A stretch of 50,420 bases of DNA, filler included, from Sphacelaria rigidula (taxonomy: Eukaryota): the NCBI GenBank assembly GCA_964200075.2. It is 2 parts of 2 records of this genome, joined end to end, with 100 filler letters (N's around TTAATTAATTAA, not from the genome) between each part and the next. Parts side by side here need not be neighbours in the genome. Positions count along the whole stretch, not along the records: positions 1 to 25,165 come from CAXNAA020000177.1; 1 more part is not named here. One strand, given 5' to 3'. Of the stretch, positions 11,301-21,997 are shown piece by piece. A program made the position numbers and the translations under genes. Positions within the stretch are counted from its first letter, which is position 1; each line of letters starts with the position of its first letter. The notes under the pieces are model-generated. The model saw nothing but the letters and a program-made list of their open reading frames with translations. It did not search any database and had not been told where the DNA came from.

Positions 11301-14300
11301 GCCTCGTGTCTGGCGTATCATTTTCATGATTTCACGTTTCTTCTGGTGTCACACACAAAACAGATCAGTGGGCGTGTTGCGGACCCGAACGAGCCCGAGA
11401 CTGCTGCGGTGCATGTACCGGCCAAGTGTGTGGGCTACATCTTGGGACACAGGGGAGCGTCTATCCAGGCCATGACAGAGAAGACGGGGGCGACGCTCCG
11501 CGTAGCTCCGGCCAATGAAGTCACCACCGGCTCTAGTGAGCACAGGGTGCGTTCGATTGGTCCCGCCGATGACTCCTTCGACTTCCTCCGCTAACCTTTT
11601 TTTGTCCATCGCTGAGATGCTCGAGAGTGTGGAGTGGGTTGCGTGGAAGGTCCAAACACGAGTAGAACGTCAACAACGACGTATGTATTATAACACGCGA
11701 GCTGCATTGGGTTGTAAACATGTCGATGCTCTCGGTTGGGCTTGAAACTTGAATGCTTTGATATTTGAAACTTGCCGTGCCGGCGAAGGCTCCTAGTTTT
11801 TACCTGGATTATATTCATTTGTAGCGGGGGTCGTCTGCTGTTTTGTGCAGTTGATTTTGACATGCTCCATGTTCCATCTTTTCTTTCGTCGATGTTTCCG
11901 CGCTCCGCCACATGCATCAGGTTCATATCCCCAAAATACCAAGTATGCCCGTTTGGCGAGAACCGAGAGTGCCTTTTTCAGGCTATATAGGGATTCGAGA
12001 TCGAGATTGATATAACTGCGGTTCGAAATAATGAGCACACCCCAAATCCCCCTCGGAGTCATGAACCCAGCTGCACGCTGAGAAGATACAAATTTCCCGC
12101 GGTATCCGTTGTACTCTTCTCCGTCGATGCAGGTGGACATCACGGGCCCCCCCAAGGCAATTGTCGCCGCCCGACACGCTCTTGAAGCACGTGTTCAGGA
12201 GTGGAAGACGACCAACGCCAGCCAAAATGGCGGCGTGGAGGTTCCTGAGGTGTCGCTCAAAGTGGCCGTGCCGCAACCCCTCATCGGGCACATCATCGGC
12301 AAGGGGGGATCGTTCGTTCGCGAAGTTCTCAAGGAAACGCACGTTCAGGTACGTGCGTCGCGGAACCTGTCCACGGACCCGGACAAAATGGACCCGAAGC
12401 CAGCGATCGCACGAGTGAAGTATTGGGAACAGTGCTGACCTTCAGCGTGCCCGTTGCAAACTTGAACCGTGCGAATTATCACCAGCTAGTCCGATTTTTT
12501 TTTTTTCAAATATTGCTGTGTTGTGACGGTTCGCTGAAATATACTCGCGCTGGTGGTGCTGATTATCCACCCAGATCTTCTCAAGACTCGAAAACGACTC
12601 GTGCGTCTTCCATGTTTTTCTCGTCCAGGTGAAGATCATGCAAGATACCGAGTCGCCCACGCTTTGGGGTGATGCATGCTGCGTGTTGCTGTCGGGCACC
12701 ACGCAGGATGTGATGAACGCTCAGCAAATGATCCTCGAGAGGATTGCAAACATCAGCGATCGCCTGAAAGACATGGTACGATAATCCTCTCTCCCGAATG
12801 ATAACCACGAACAGGCTCATAAGTTTCACGTGGTGCATCAGTTGTTTTCGTCAAATCCGTACGTTCATCTTGTGGGCCATCTTCGCTCTCTATTTTGACC
12901 CTTCACGTTTTTCAAAGATGGGCAACCCCGGAGGTCGTTATCTAGTAAGTGACGATGCCGTGACTTCTCTTGTCTGTCTCTCGTCTGTTTACCTTTGTCC
13001 CTCATACTGCAAGGTCCCCAACGCGGTCACGCCTGCTCCCGGTTCAGACCCCGATGATCAAATGAGGGTTCTGGAGGTGAACATTCAGCTCCCCGATGGC
13101 CCGCCACCGGTTCACCAAGGCCCCCCTCCCGGCGCATTCCAGGTGCTTACCTCCGGCGTTGAAGATGTTACGAGTGCATTTAGCCCCTACACCGCAACTC
13201 GTTCTGTATGACTATTTTTCCGCATGTGCTTCCGACTTACTTTTGTGATCATGCGTGAAACGCATGAACCATACCACCCCACGCACACTGAGTTGCCTAT
13301 AACATCCGGGACTGGGTTCAATATTTATTTTTCGCTGACGTGTCATCGTATTCGTTGTCGTCCCCTTGTGTCCCTTGCAATTCATGACTCCGAACATGCA
13401 GCAGCAACCTCCATTCGGTTTCCCTCCGTACAACGGTGGACAGGGACCCCCCGGAGGGCCCTTCATGGTGAGCCATGGCTTGGGGATCTAGTCGGTGAAG
13501 TCCGGTGCACTACTCTGAAACGCATGGGTTTCATCCCATCATTTTTCTTCATACAAGTATCAGCTACAACGTGTAGTAGTCCGTTGTACTTGATTCATAT
13601 GGAAATATTGAAAATTTCTCGTTTTTGCTGGCGTCGTTTTGTTGTCAACTTCTACTCAGCAGGGAGGACCGGGGGGGCCCGGAGGACCGCCACCCGGACA
13701 GGGCCCGCCGTATCAGCCATCATTCCAAAACCAGGGGCCTCCCTTCCAAAACCAGGGCCCCCCGCCGCAACAGGGGCCTTTCCACGGTGGTCCCAACCAT
13801 GGTCCTCAAGCATCGCCTTCTGGACCACCGCGTGATGTGACGGTGAGTTTTCAAGGCGTGCACTGATGACTCGACCAGTGCGCATAGTCGTAAGTGGGTC
13901 TTCAGCCGATATGTGTGGTGCACGGGGATGAAATCAGGGATGAAACAGGGGTACGAAAGGTTTGGCCTTTCCTGCGTTGTTGCTGTTGGAGCTCTTCATC
14001 GTGATGTGAGGTTTCTCGGCTGAGTTGGAGGAAAAAGAACGTGTGTTCAATGTTCGTCCAATGAAGTCACTGCATCCTACCCTGGATCCTTATCCGATTT
14101 TTTTCTGATCGTTTCAGTCGAACGCCTTCTGCACGTCGTGTCGTGCAACATGGCATTCAGCTCCCCTCGTTTCCCCCTTCCCCTCCCCCCCTCCCTCCCC
14201 CCAACCACACCAGTGATGGTATGTTCCGGAAAAAATGTTGACACAGCGTCGAAAAAAAAAACCAAGACCCAATTCTAACACGATGGTACCTTTCTCATGC

Positions 14301-17300
14301 CTGTCCGATGATGATATTCACATTCTCCTTACACGCAGTTCACGTCCATCGCACAGCTTAGTGCACCCGGGCTAATTCGTACCGTCAAGACGAAGACAGG
14401 TCTGGATCTCATGGTGGACAACGGGTCCGTTGGATCGATCATCGGTAAGGGTGGCCTGACCATCCGTCGTCTTACAGGGGAGAGCGGTGTGACCATCCAG
14501 GTCCAGGGGCGTGACGATGCGGTGACCAACCGTGAGCGCAGGGTGGCGTTGACATCGGTGAGGGAAAAGTGCATAAGCGGGTTCATTTTGTTTTAAGCGG
14601 GTTCATTTTGTTTTAAGCGGGTTCATTTTGTTTTGTTGGCACCATCTCGTCATCGCCCTTCTTGACGGAACAGCGTGGGTTTTTCTACTTGGCAAACAAA
14701 AGATTGGAGATGCAGACTGTCGACAAGCAAGTTGGTCTCAACCGTGGATTTTCCTCCCTCCGAAACGGTCACCGTCGCGGTTCTGTTTGCCCTGAGCTCC
14801 CATCGTCTTCGCAATGTTTTCTGTTCTGATCGATATTCGCCTCGGACGCTTTAGTCTTTGCATGATTTACGCGATATACGGCCGAGATCGATTTAACTCG
14901 TTCACTAAAGCCACGGAAGCGTACTGTTTGAGTAATCCGTCATCTTTCGGCCTCTGCTTGTACGTTGTGCTAACGCCAAAATGGGCGACGTGATGATCGG
15001 AAACTCTTCGCAGAATGACGACGCAGCCTTGCTGAAGGCGTCCAATCTTATCTGTCAAGTCCTGCGCACGAACGAGATGCGCGCTAATGAGGCTAAACGG
15101 AACGCGGGCGGAATGAATGGTGCAGGACCGGGTCCCGGTCAAGGCGCACCAAGTCACAGTGGACCAGGGGTACCGGGCCAGTACAACTCGGGCAAGGGAG
15201 GGCCCCCGGGAGGACCCAACGGGCCCGGCGGGTACCAGGTCAACCAGCCGCCACCTGTAAGCGCATACGCTGTATGAAATATTGTAGCCTGTGCCAGACG
15301 ATTTGGACAAATAACTTTCAACAAGGGATTCGCTCAGTTTCATTGGCCTCGTGCTCGACAAGCCCCCTTCTTTCAACTCGTCATTATCACTGAGTAATCG
15401 TCAACAGACCACATCACATGCAAAACAGCGAGGGGCCACACAGGCAAAAATCGTCGATCCAGGATCCCCTGTCCCCTGCCACTGCTTCAATAGAGGATGC
15501 GATTATACTGACACTTGCGGCTTGGTATCATTCGGCCACAGCATTCTCCGAGCGAGTTCGAGTCGAGTCATTTCTCACCTCTCGTGTCAGATATCGCGAA
15601 CAACTAGGGTCTCTTCTTTTGTTCCGGATTCTGAGAGGGATGTTTCTCTTCTCATGGTCGACCTTTTTTCTAAGGCAATCGATTTATGATCGTGAAGCTG
15701 GTCGTATGAAAATATTGTGGCGGATTTCAAATTTGAGGGTAAATCTAGAAACAGGGATGTAGGTACGTCGAACCCGGCTTGTTGACGGAAAGTCGGGATT
15801 CTCTCCGTTAGAACGTCATGTTCATTCTATACTGATTAGCTGATTTTCCTGGGGCGTTATTTATTTTCAGCACATCCGTTTCTTGTCGACACTGTGCTGT
15901 GTGGAAAACAAAAATCGCGATTTGATGGGTCGTGATTCCCCCCATGCCTCAACTCGTAAATGGTTGAAATAATGGCCCATCAGATGAGGATTTTCGTTCT
16001 TGACCGCACTTGTTCGGTCAAAAACTCATGTGCTGAGACCCAGCCTTTGGGCTTGGTACATGGTGTACTCGTGTTGACAAAAGTGATACGTAACACCTGA
16101 GCTTGTGTCCCGCCATCCACCCGTTCTCACGAAAACAGCAGCAGCAGCAGCAGCAGCCTCCGCAACAGCAGCAACCCCAGCAGCAGCAGCAGCAGCAGCC
16201 GCCGCAGCAGCAACAATTCCAGTACGCTCCTGCCCCCGCAGTCACCTCTTACCAACCTCAGGGGTACCCCGCGCAGCAACAGGCGCCGGGACAGAACCCC
16301 CAGCAGCCTTTCCAGCAGTACGCGCCCGCTGTCCAGACCCAGACTGCGCCGCAGCAGGTCGCCGCTCAACCTGTTCCTCAGCAAACAGCCCCGACACAGT
16401 ATGCTGCTCAGCCGCAACAACAACCCCAAGCGGTGTACTACCAGGTACTTTGTGTGAAAATGTGTCATTTCGTGATTTCACCCTCGATTTCTTCAATGGC
16501 CCTCAGAGTTTCAACACGCTTCGATAGCTGACTGCGGTACGTGCTGTGGTCTCTCGCTCCCCTTTAACATCAAGTACTGAGAAAAGCAATGAATTGCCTT
16601 GAATTTAAAATGCTCGGGTTGAAGTACAGCAACAAACATCGTGCACACGCTGATGAATTCGAAAGGTGGACGTCTTCGCTAATTGCGTACAGGAGCCCCC
16701 GCCTCTCGGGTGTTGAACAAACACTTACTCGTCCGCTATCCATATTTTAGGGATTCCTTGACGAGTGGCCATCGACTCGACTCCGCAAGTGGTGGCGACG
16801 AAAGCATGTTTTTTCTCACCTTTGCGTGTGTGTATCACCGTCCTTCGCTGACTTTTGAATCGTGGCAATAACAACAGCCTACCGCTAACGGTCAGCCGCA
16901 GGGTGCCGCGCAGGGCGCGCAGCTTCAGTACCCTCAGCAGACTGCCCAACAGCAACAGCAGCCTCAGGGTGTTCAGCAGCAACAGCAGCAGCAGAGGCAG
17001 CCGCAGCAACAACAATCTGTCCCTATGCAGCAGTCTGCGCCCATGCAGCAGCAAGTGCTCCCCCTTCAGCAGCCCCAGCAACAACAGCCGCAGCAGCAGC
17101 AGGCGCAACAGCAGCAGGCGCAGCAGCAACAAGCCGCGCCAGGCGCAGCGGTTGCCACGCCAGCGCCGGTGTACGGCTGGGTAAGTTTCGCTGATATTCA
17201 TGTCATGTCCAGGCCGGGAGAGCCGTTCCAATTACGTAGCATCTAATTCGAACCCGTCCCGTTGTGTACCTGTAATTTACGTCAAGTCTGTCTGGTTCTT

Positions 17301-17423
17301 TCATCGGATCTTGTCCTGCAGGTGTACGACCCCGCGACTGGCACATACACTGCTGCCCCCGCAGCCGCTACCGCAACCCCCACGGCTCAGGGCTTCCAGC
17401 CTCAGCCATACCAGCAGCGCTGA
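5333..17423 (+). CDS. Five-KH-domain RNA-binding protein with Q/P/G-rich low-complexity C-terminus (hnRNP K/Nova/FUBP/HEN4-like), 17 exons, ~923 aa
   Basis: Manual join(5333..5341,8487..8621,9045..9116,9810..9965,10462..10629,10965..11099,11364..11546,12133..12348,12629..12775,13014..13142,13402..13467,13660..13842,14339..14557,15014..15256,16139..16444,16878..17180,17322..17423). All introns are GT-AG and the frame is open to TGA at 17421. GxxG loops: LIGKGG, LIGKGG, ILGHRG, IIGKGG, IIGKGG. Basic NLS-like SKRPAMPSPSSKRQR near the N-terminus. Confidence 0.9.
8487..8621 (+). CDS. KH gene exon 2 (NLS-like segment, start of KH1)
   Basis: TTTTCCCCCAG|GGFRNNSKRP...GLSIMCPA|GTGAG. Confidence 0.85.
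9045..9116 (+). CDS. KH gene exon 3 (KH1 GxxG loop)
   Basis: ACAG|DAMGMLIGKGGAGLRDMQEKSRVK|GTACG. Confidence 0.92.
9810..9965 (+). CDS. KH gene exon 4 (end of KH1)
   Basis: ACAG|VTLQETKSMPEGAKERGVGLSGSLESICAVEKIIFEKL...SPAE|GTACG. Confidence 0.9.
10462..10629 (+). CDS. KH gene exon 5 (KH2 first half)
   Basis: ACAG|DEYEMAY...VRWVMDNAHCGWLIGKGGSGIKNIE|GTGTG. Confidence 0.92.
10965..11099 (+). CDS. KH gene exon 6 (KH2 second half)
   Basis: GCAG|ATSGAEVRVANE...ERMVYVKGTQTARDQALDLIRGNPK|GTATG. Confidence 0.92.
11214..11363 (+). repeat. 75-bp tandem duplication of the intron-6 3' end (duplicated splice acceptor)
   Basis: Units 11214-11288 and 11289-11363, both TGACCCCGACAAGCCTCGTGTCTGGCG...AAACAG with a few substitutions. 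Confidence 0.92.
11364..11546 (+). CDS. KH gene exon 7 (KH3)
   Basis: ACAG|ISGRVAD...VHVPAKCVGYILGHRGASIQAMTEKTGATLRV...SEHR|GTGCG. Confidence 0.92.
12133..12348 (+). CDS. KH gene exon 8 (end of KH3, start of KH4)
   Basis: GCAG|VDITGPPKAIVAARHALE...LKVAVPQPLIGHIIGKGGSFVREVLKETHVQ|GTACG. Confidence 0.93.
12629..12775 (+). CDS. KH gene exon 9 (end of KH4)
   Basis: CCAG|VKIMQDTES...VLLSGTTQDVMNAQQMILERIANISDRLKDM|GTACG. Confidence 0.9.
13014..13142 (+). CDS. KH gene exon 10 (Pro-rich linker)
   Basis: Pyrimidine tract, CAAG|VPNAVTPAPGSD...GPPPGAFQ|GTGCT. Confidence 0.8.
13402..13467 (+). CDS. KH gene exon 11 (P/G-rich linker; NAGNAG acceptor)
   Basis: GCAG|QQPPFGFPPYNGGQGPPGGPFM|GTGAG. Confidence 0.8.
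13660..13842 (+). CDS. KH gene exon 12 (P/G/Q-rich linker; NAGNAG acceptor)
   Basis: TCAG|QGGPGGPGGPPPGQ...GPPRDVT|GTGAG. Confidence 0.85.
14339..14557 (+). CDS. KH gene exon 13 (KH5)
   Basis: GCAG|FTSIAQL...LDLMVDNGSVGSIIGKGGLTIRRLTGESGVTIQV...ERRVALTS|GTGAG. Confidence 0.92.
14574..14633. repeat. 20-bp tandem repeat x3 just downstream of the exon-13 donor
   Basis: TAAGCGGGTTCATTTTGTTT x3. Confidence 0.93.
15014..15256 (+). CDS. KH gene exon 14 (last helix of KH5, G/P-rich)
   Basis: GCAG|NDDAALLKASNLICQVL...YQVNQPPP|GTAAG. Confidence 0.88.
15283..15540 (+). mobile_element. 258-bp non-coding element with TGTAGCC...GGCCACA termini (solo-LTR/TRIM-like or MITE) in intron 14
   Basis: 7-bp imperfect inverted termini TG..CA; colinear homology with the copy at 37558-37930 (-), e.g. 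TGCCAGACGATTTGGAC, TGGCCTCGTGCTCGACAAG, TCCAGGATCCCCTGTCCCCTGCCACTGCT. Confidence 0.85.
16139..16444 (+). CDS. KH gene exon 15 (polyQ, Q/P/A/Y-rich)
   Basis: AAACAG|QQQQQQPPQQQQ...QAVYYQ|GTACT. Confidence 0.88.
16878..17180 (+). CDS. KH gene exon 16 (Q-rich)
   Basis: AACAG|PTANGQPQGAAQ...ATPAPVYGW|GTAAG. Confidence 0.88.
17322..17423 (+). CDS. KH gene exon 17 (terminal)
   Basis: CTGCAG|VYDPATGTYTAAPAAATATPTAQGFQPQPYQQR*. Confidence 0.88.
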   Translation: MYDPATGTYTAAPAAATATPTAQGFQPQPYQQR

Positions 17424-18949
17424 TCACGACAACACGCATTAGGTGAGGTTTGGCTTTCGCTCTGTAAACCACGGGCGCATTGCATACCTCGAGGTTGTCG
17501 TGGTTCCCACCGCTCAATTAAACCCCGAGCCATGCTATACATGAGCTGCAATTCATTATTTGTGGCGCCGTCACTGTGGGAAACCTCTGAGAACTCTGTG
17601 AGGTGTGGCGACGTGCTCCGAAACACCCCATTTTCAACTTGGAGACGCTTCATCAGTTGAAATTTATGGAATACCTGTGTTTCGACGGAAAGACCCACGT
17701 CGGGTGAACATTTGGGTGATCTATTGCCCCTTCCCCGGATTTCTCAAGCTAGTCGAACAAACAGTCCACTTTTGGTTGAAATACACTGTTTCATCTAGCC
17801 CGCCAGCAACATGCCCGCTATCATGATGCAGCACCGAAGAAACCTTGCATAGCTTATTCGTAGCCACTGCCTGCCCCCTAAAGATATTTGAGCGATCTGA
17901 GTTTTTTTCTATATCATCTGTTGTCATGAGGCCTCGAAACTTCCTCGCATAGCTTAATTTTTGTCACTCCCCCCTCTCACGAAATTATTCGAGCCATACG
18001 AGCTCCTTTTTTTTGATGCGAAGTAAATTCTCGAAATACTTCAACATCTGAGTTTTTTTGCAGAGTAATTTTTTCAATTCTAGCCCCGTACTCCATAATC
18101 AGTCCTGACCGATATTTCCTCTGCTCTGATGCACCAAAATCTTGTTGACGAGGTCATTCTGCTGCCGCCTTTCCTTCTCATGATCAGTTGGTGCCAATTT
18201 TAGTTTTACCCGTTGCATAGCACCCTCCGTGAGGACGTCTTATTTTTTTCTTCAAACACTGCTCCACGTTTCCATTTCCGCTCATCCAACCGCCGCCCCT
18301 TCTCCCCTTTCTTCCTATCCTCTCCCCCGACGTACCGATCCACACATGGAAACCACCTACATTTGGCACGCTAAACACGAGACAGCTCATGGAGTATTGG
18401 GTGTGTGCCCCTCCACGAGAAGGGCACCATCCGGTTTTGACAGTCGAGCGAACCACAGGCCCCTTTTGACTCGAGCAACTTTTGCAGGTCAAACAAGCAA
18501 GCGAGAATTCACAACGGAAGCACAAACACTCTACCAGACGACACGCGAGAATCCTGCCATTTCGCACCACCTATCCCCGGGGACGATCGACCTACTTTTT
18601 GACTCCGTGAACGAAACGCAATACCGCCAGTGGTGTGCAAGGTCGAACGTTGATGAGTCGTGTTCCCCCATCCATCTTCCCCTCGACCCGTCATGAAAGG
18701 CTGGTCGGCCTCAGATCATGAATAAAGATCAAGAAAACTCCCGCGGGAAAGTGGAGCGGAAAAATAAGATTTTAGTCGTGGCGTGTGTGTTTTGAAGTGT
18801 TGCTCTTGTGTTGAATTTTTCCGAGAAATAAGAAGGAGTACAGTATGCCGAAACATGACAAGCTGGGGTATATGTACATGATGTGGAGAGATATAACGCC
18901 TAGGAAGAGTCCCCATTCTAGTAGTACTGAGGTTCGGGGTGACAAGGGT

Positions 18950-21250
18950 TACAGTTCACGTCGTCGATGGTCTTTTGCTCTAGTTTTGTACGGCATCACA
19001 AAAAGTGCAGAGGGCATTGCCTGACGCCATGTTCCTGCTGTCTGTCGAGTGCGCTTGCAATGGGCGCGGACCAGTCTCATAACTGGTGCACTCGCATGTG
19101 AGGGACGTTCCGAACCTCCGGCCGAAGTGCAGGCGAGAGCACGTTGTTGCATATTTTTTGTCAGGCGACCCTCCACTATTTTCTGTGGCTCTCATCTGAA
19201 TTCTTCTTCATTTTGGTTGTAGCGAGATATCCTGGGATGGATTGAACTAAGAATGTTTTACTCTAGGATTTTTGCGGTCTGTCTCTGTACGAACATGCCA
19301 GCATGGGTGTTGAGTTTGATTGATGCGTTGTATTCCCAGATAGTCCATAGCGTAAACTCTACCGGCTAAATTGCCTTCGTGTGGTTGAAATTGATATACA
19401 TGCATACGCTGTTTCTTCTACATTTCTGCAGAAGCTGAGAGGAAAAACTTTATGGTCTTCTCCAAGCACGGTGTCATCTTCGATGACGTTATCTTTTGGT
19501 GCATCGGGTACACTTTCGCGACACGTCGGGTAGTTTTTACAACACATGAACAGCGGCTCTGCCCTTGACTTGACTCGTGGCGATCATGCATTCGGAATGA
19601 GAGATCATTCTCATAAACGTGTTGGGGCATGAGGTTCCCGGTGGTGAAATGTCAGACGGCTTCACGGCGGACCATGCACCACACTCAGGTCGATGTCGAC
19701 TCATCACTATCGTTTCGAAAGGACTTGATTGGATCCGGTTGAACACACCCATGAGTTTTGAGTCATGATCCGGCCCCTTGTACACTACGAAATCCAGCGC
19801 CTGGCCGGACATGATTGAAATGACGATTCTCAACACGTCCCGTCACGGTTACAATCAACCGAGTGACTGAGGTCGTTTGATAGGTGTGCACGGACGGGTG
19901 AACTTGCGGGGACTGCTTCATGCCGACAGTCGTGTTTTGAAGCTCATGGAACGACGTGTAACGGTGGAGGGTGCTGTTAGTAAAGAGTGAAGTGGTTGAT
20001 TCGTTCGCTCATGTTTTCGAAGTATGTTTTTCGGAACCGTCACAGCTGACGGAATATTTTTGTGTTTTCGTATTAAATTTGGGCCGTAAAGTAACCGTGT
20101 ATTCGCCCTTGAGCACCTGTCAAGTAATGTTTGCGTGGGCCTCGATCAAATTGCCGACGTGGGCGCCGATTCCCGCTTTGTGACAGTGATCGATGCAGAT
20201 GGTGTGCGTTCCTGAATGGACTTCGAACATCGTTCCGGGCATGGGTACCTGAGTTATGAGCAGCATTGTGAATGCCCGCTTACTCTGAATTGCTTCCGTT
20301 TATTCGTCCACACCTAACCCGTCTACAAGAGCCGCCGGACATGAGTCCGAGGACCCGTCTTTTTGCAGCTGTTCAATAAAATTAAGCGTGAGTGTACTCT
20401 GACGTGTTGTGATTATGCATGAGTCATTATCTGAACAGTGCCGACGTGATGGTCATTCCTCCCCGGGAATGTGAGCTACCGGTTCGGGGAAAGTTTGGTC
20501 CTGAAAGAGGACGGTTCACGAGTGGACCCCGCCCGGACGTTTTTGTAGCACAGGAACATCACAGACTGTGCCGTCGGAGAAAAGGTGTTGCTCTCAGCCC
20601 GTTCCTGAACATGATTCATTACATTTCGCTGTGACATATTGTCTTGATTGGTGAATCAGAGCGCGTTTGGAGGTCCACGTATCACCACGATCCCACAAGT
20701 TACCGTCATACTAAATATCGTGACATTGTTGATTACGGAGTGGAAATCATTGAGGTGATACGCTTGGCGGAAATAGGCCGCTTGAAGAGCCGAACTTGGC
20801 TTTTCGGTCACAGTCGGTTGTTGAGCGGCCGTGAAGTGGTGGTGTTCACAAGGTATGAATGTACACAGGGCATGTCGGACTTGAGCGCGCAGTGTGCGAG
20901 ATGGCTCGCGGACAAGGCCTGGTAATGGCGCGCCAACTAGGGATCAGCTGTCGAGGAAAGCTTGTCAACACAATCGAAATTCTGGCCAAAATTCCTGTAT
21001 TCAGGGGCGAAATAGAAGGGCTCCCAACCAAAATGGCGCCGTGGCACTGGTCGATTCGAGTGTCACTCATGAAATTTGGACACATTATACATGAGGTACG
21101 CGAGAGGCCTCCGTTGTTCTCCACGTTGCTTTTTTCGTCATGAGTCTTTGCATCCGGTATCGGATGGTCGACAAGTTATTGAAATATGAAGTCACGGGGA
21201 AGTGATGAGGTGGTTGAACATTCCACATGTACATCGTGTCGAGGTTTCAT
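18950..21250 (-). pseudogene. Decayed transposase-like coding relic (DUF6729/Zisupton-related DNA transposon candidate); may extend to ~23200
   Basis: Manual minus-strand translation through stops and frameshifts gives ordered blocks FYFAPEY, NFIEQL..CPAALVDGLGVD, ICIDHCHK, VISIMSGQALDFVVYKG..LMGVFNRI, NTFMRMI, KIVEGRL, RRFGTS. These resemble remembered motifs of DUF6729-type transposases; not verified by search. Confidence 0.4.
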
Positions 21251-21792
21251 GAGACGACTCTGAATTGCGAAGAGTTACCACGTCTCACTTGTTTGTGGCT
21301 GGTCCAGTTGGACACGAAGTTGGTGTTCGATACGATAACACAGTGTCTGTTGTCGAACTTGTATCGGTTTAGTTGAACTCCCGACACGACGCATAGGGCG
21401 CATGTGCGAAGACTCCACCCCGTCCTCCATATTTGGATTGTTCTGTGAGTCATCATCGACGAAGACTTTCGGAATTTTTTTTGAACTGCATGGCAAATGC
21501 CCCCCCAAAGAAGGAAAAATGTAAAGAGATGTAGTGGGTCAAATCGAGTCTTTGCACGTACGCCCTGTACATCGTGTCGGATATTTTCAAGAACGTCTTG
21601 AAATTCAGCACTGATATCAACAGTCAACATTCCTGTTCGCGTCTCGGGTGGCCCAGCCTGTGCACGTGACGAGTTCCCTCGCAATACCATGTCCGTGTTA
21701 CGCTACGTGACGAGAGAGGTTTCTCGTTACACTTCCCCACTGCACTTTCGACGGTGATCATGATCATCATGACGAGCATCGTTGAATTTTTT

Positions 21793-21997
21793 CAAGGGCA
21801 GGTCGAGTAGAGTATACTCAATTGCGGAGTATTTTGAGAGTCGTACTCGAGGTACACAAATTGGGGGTAGGGTGTTGGGGATCGCTCTCCAATTATTTTT
21901 TGGGAACGACTCCGAACACTCTACCCTAATTTTAGTACCTCATCTTCGTCTTCCAAAATACCCCGCAATTGAGTATAATCTACTCGACCTGCCCTTG
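21793..21997. mobile_element. 205-bp hairpin MITE with 8-bp TSD (hAT- or P-like termini)
   Basis: Termini CAAGGGCAGGTCGAGTAGA ... TCTACTCGACCTGCCCTTG; arms complementary over ~100 bp; flanked by identical AATTTTTT (21785-21792, 21998-22005). Confidence 0.9.

Noticed and set aside
16018..17246. Poly-Cys, poly-Leu, poly-Ala and poly-Ser ORFs in other frames and on the minus strand
   Set aside because: Shadow frames of the CAG-rich exons 15-16 of the KH gene.
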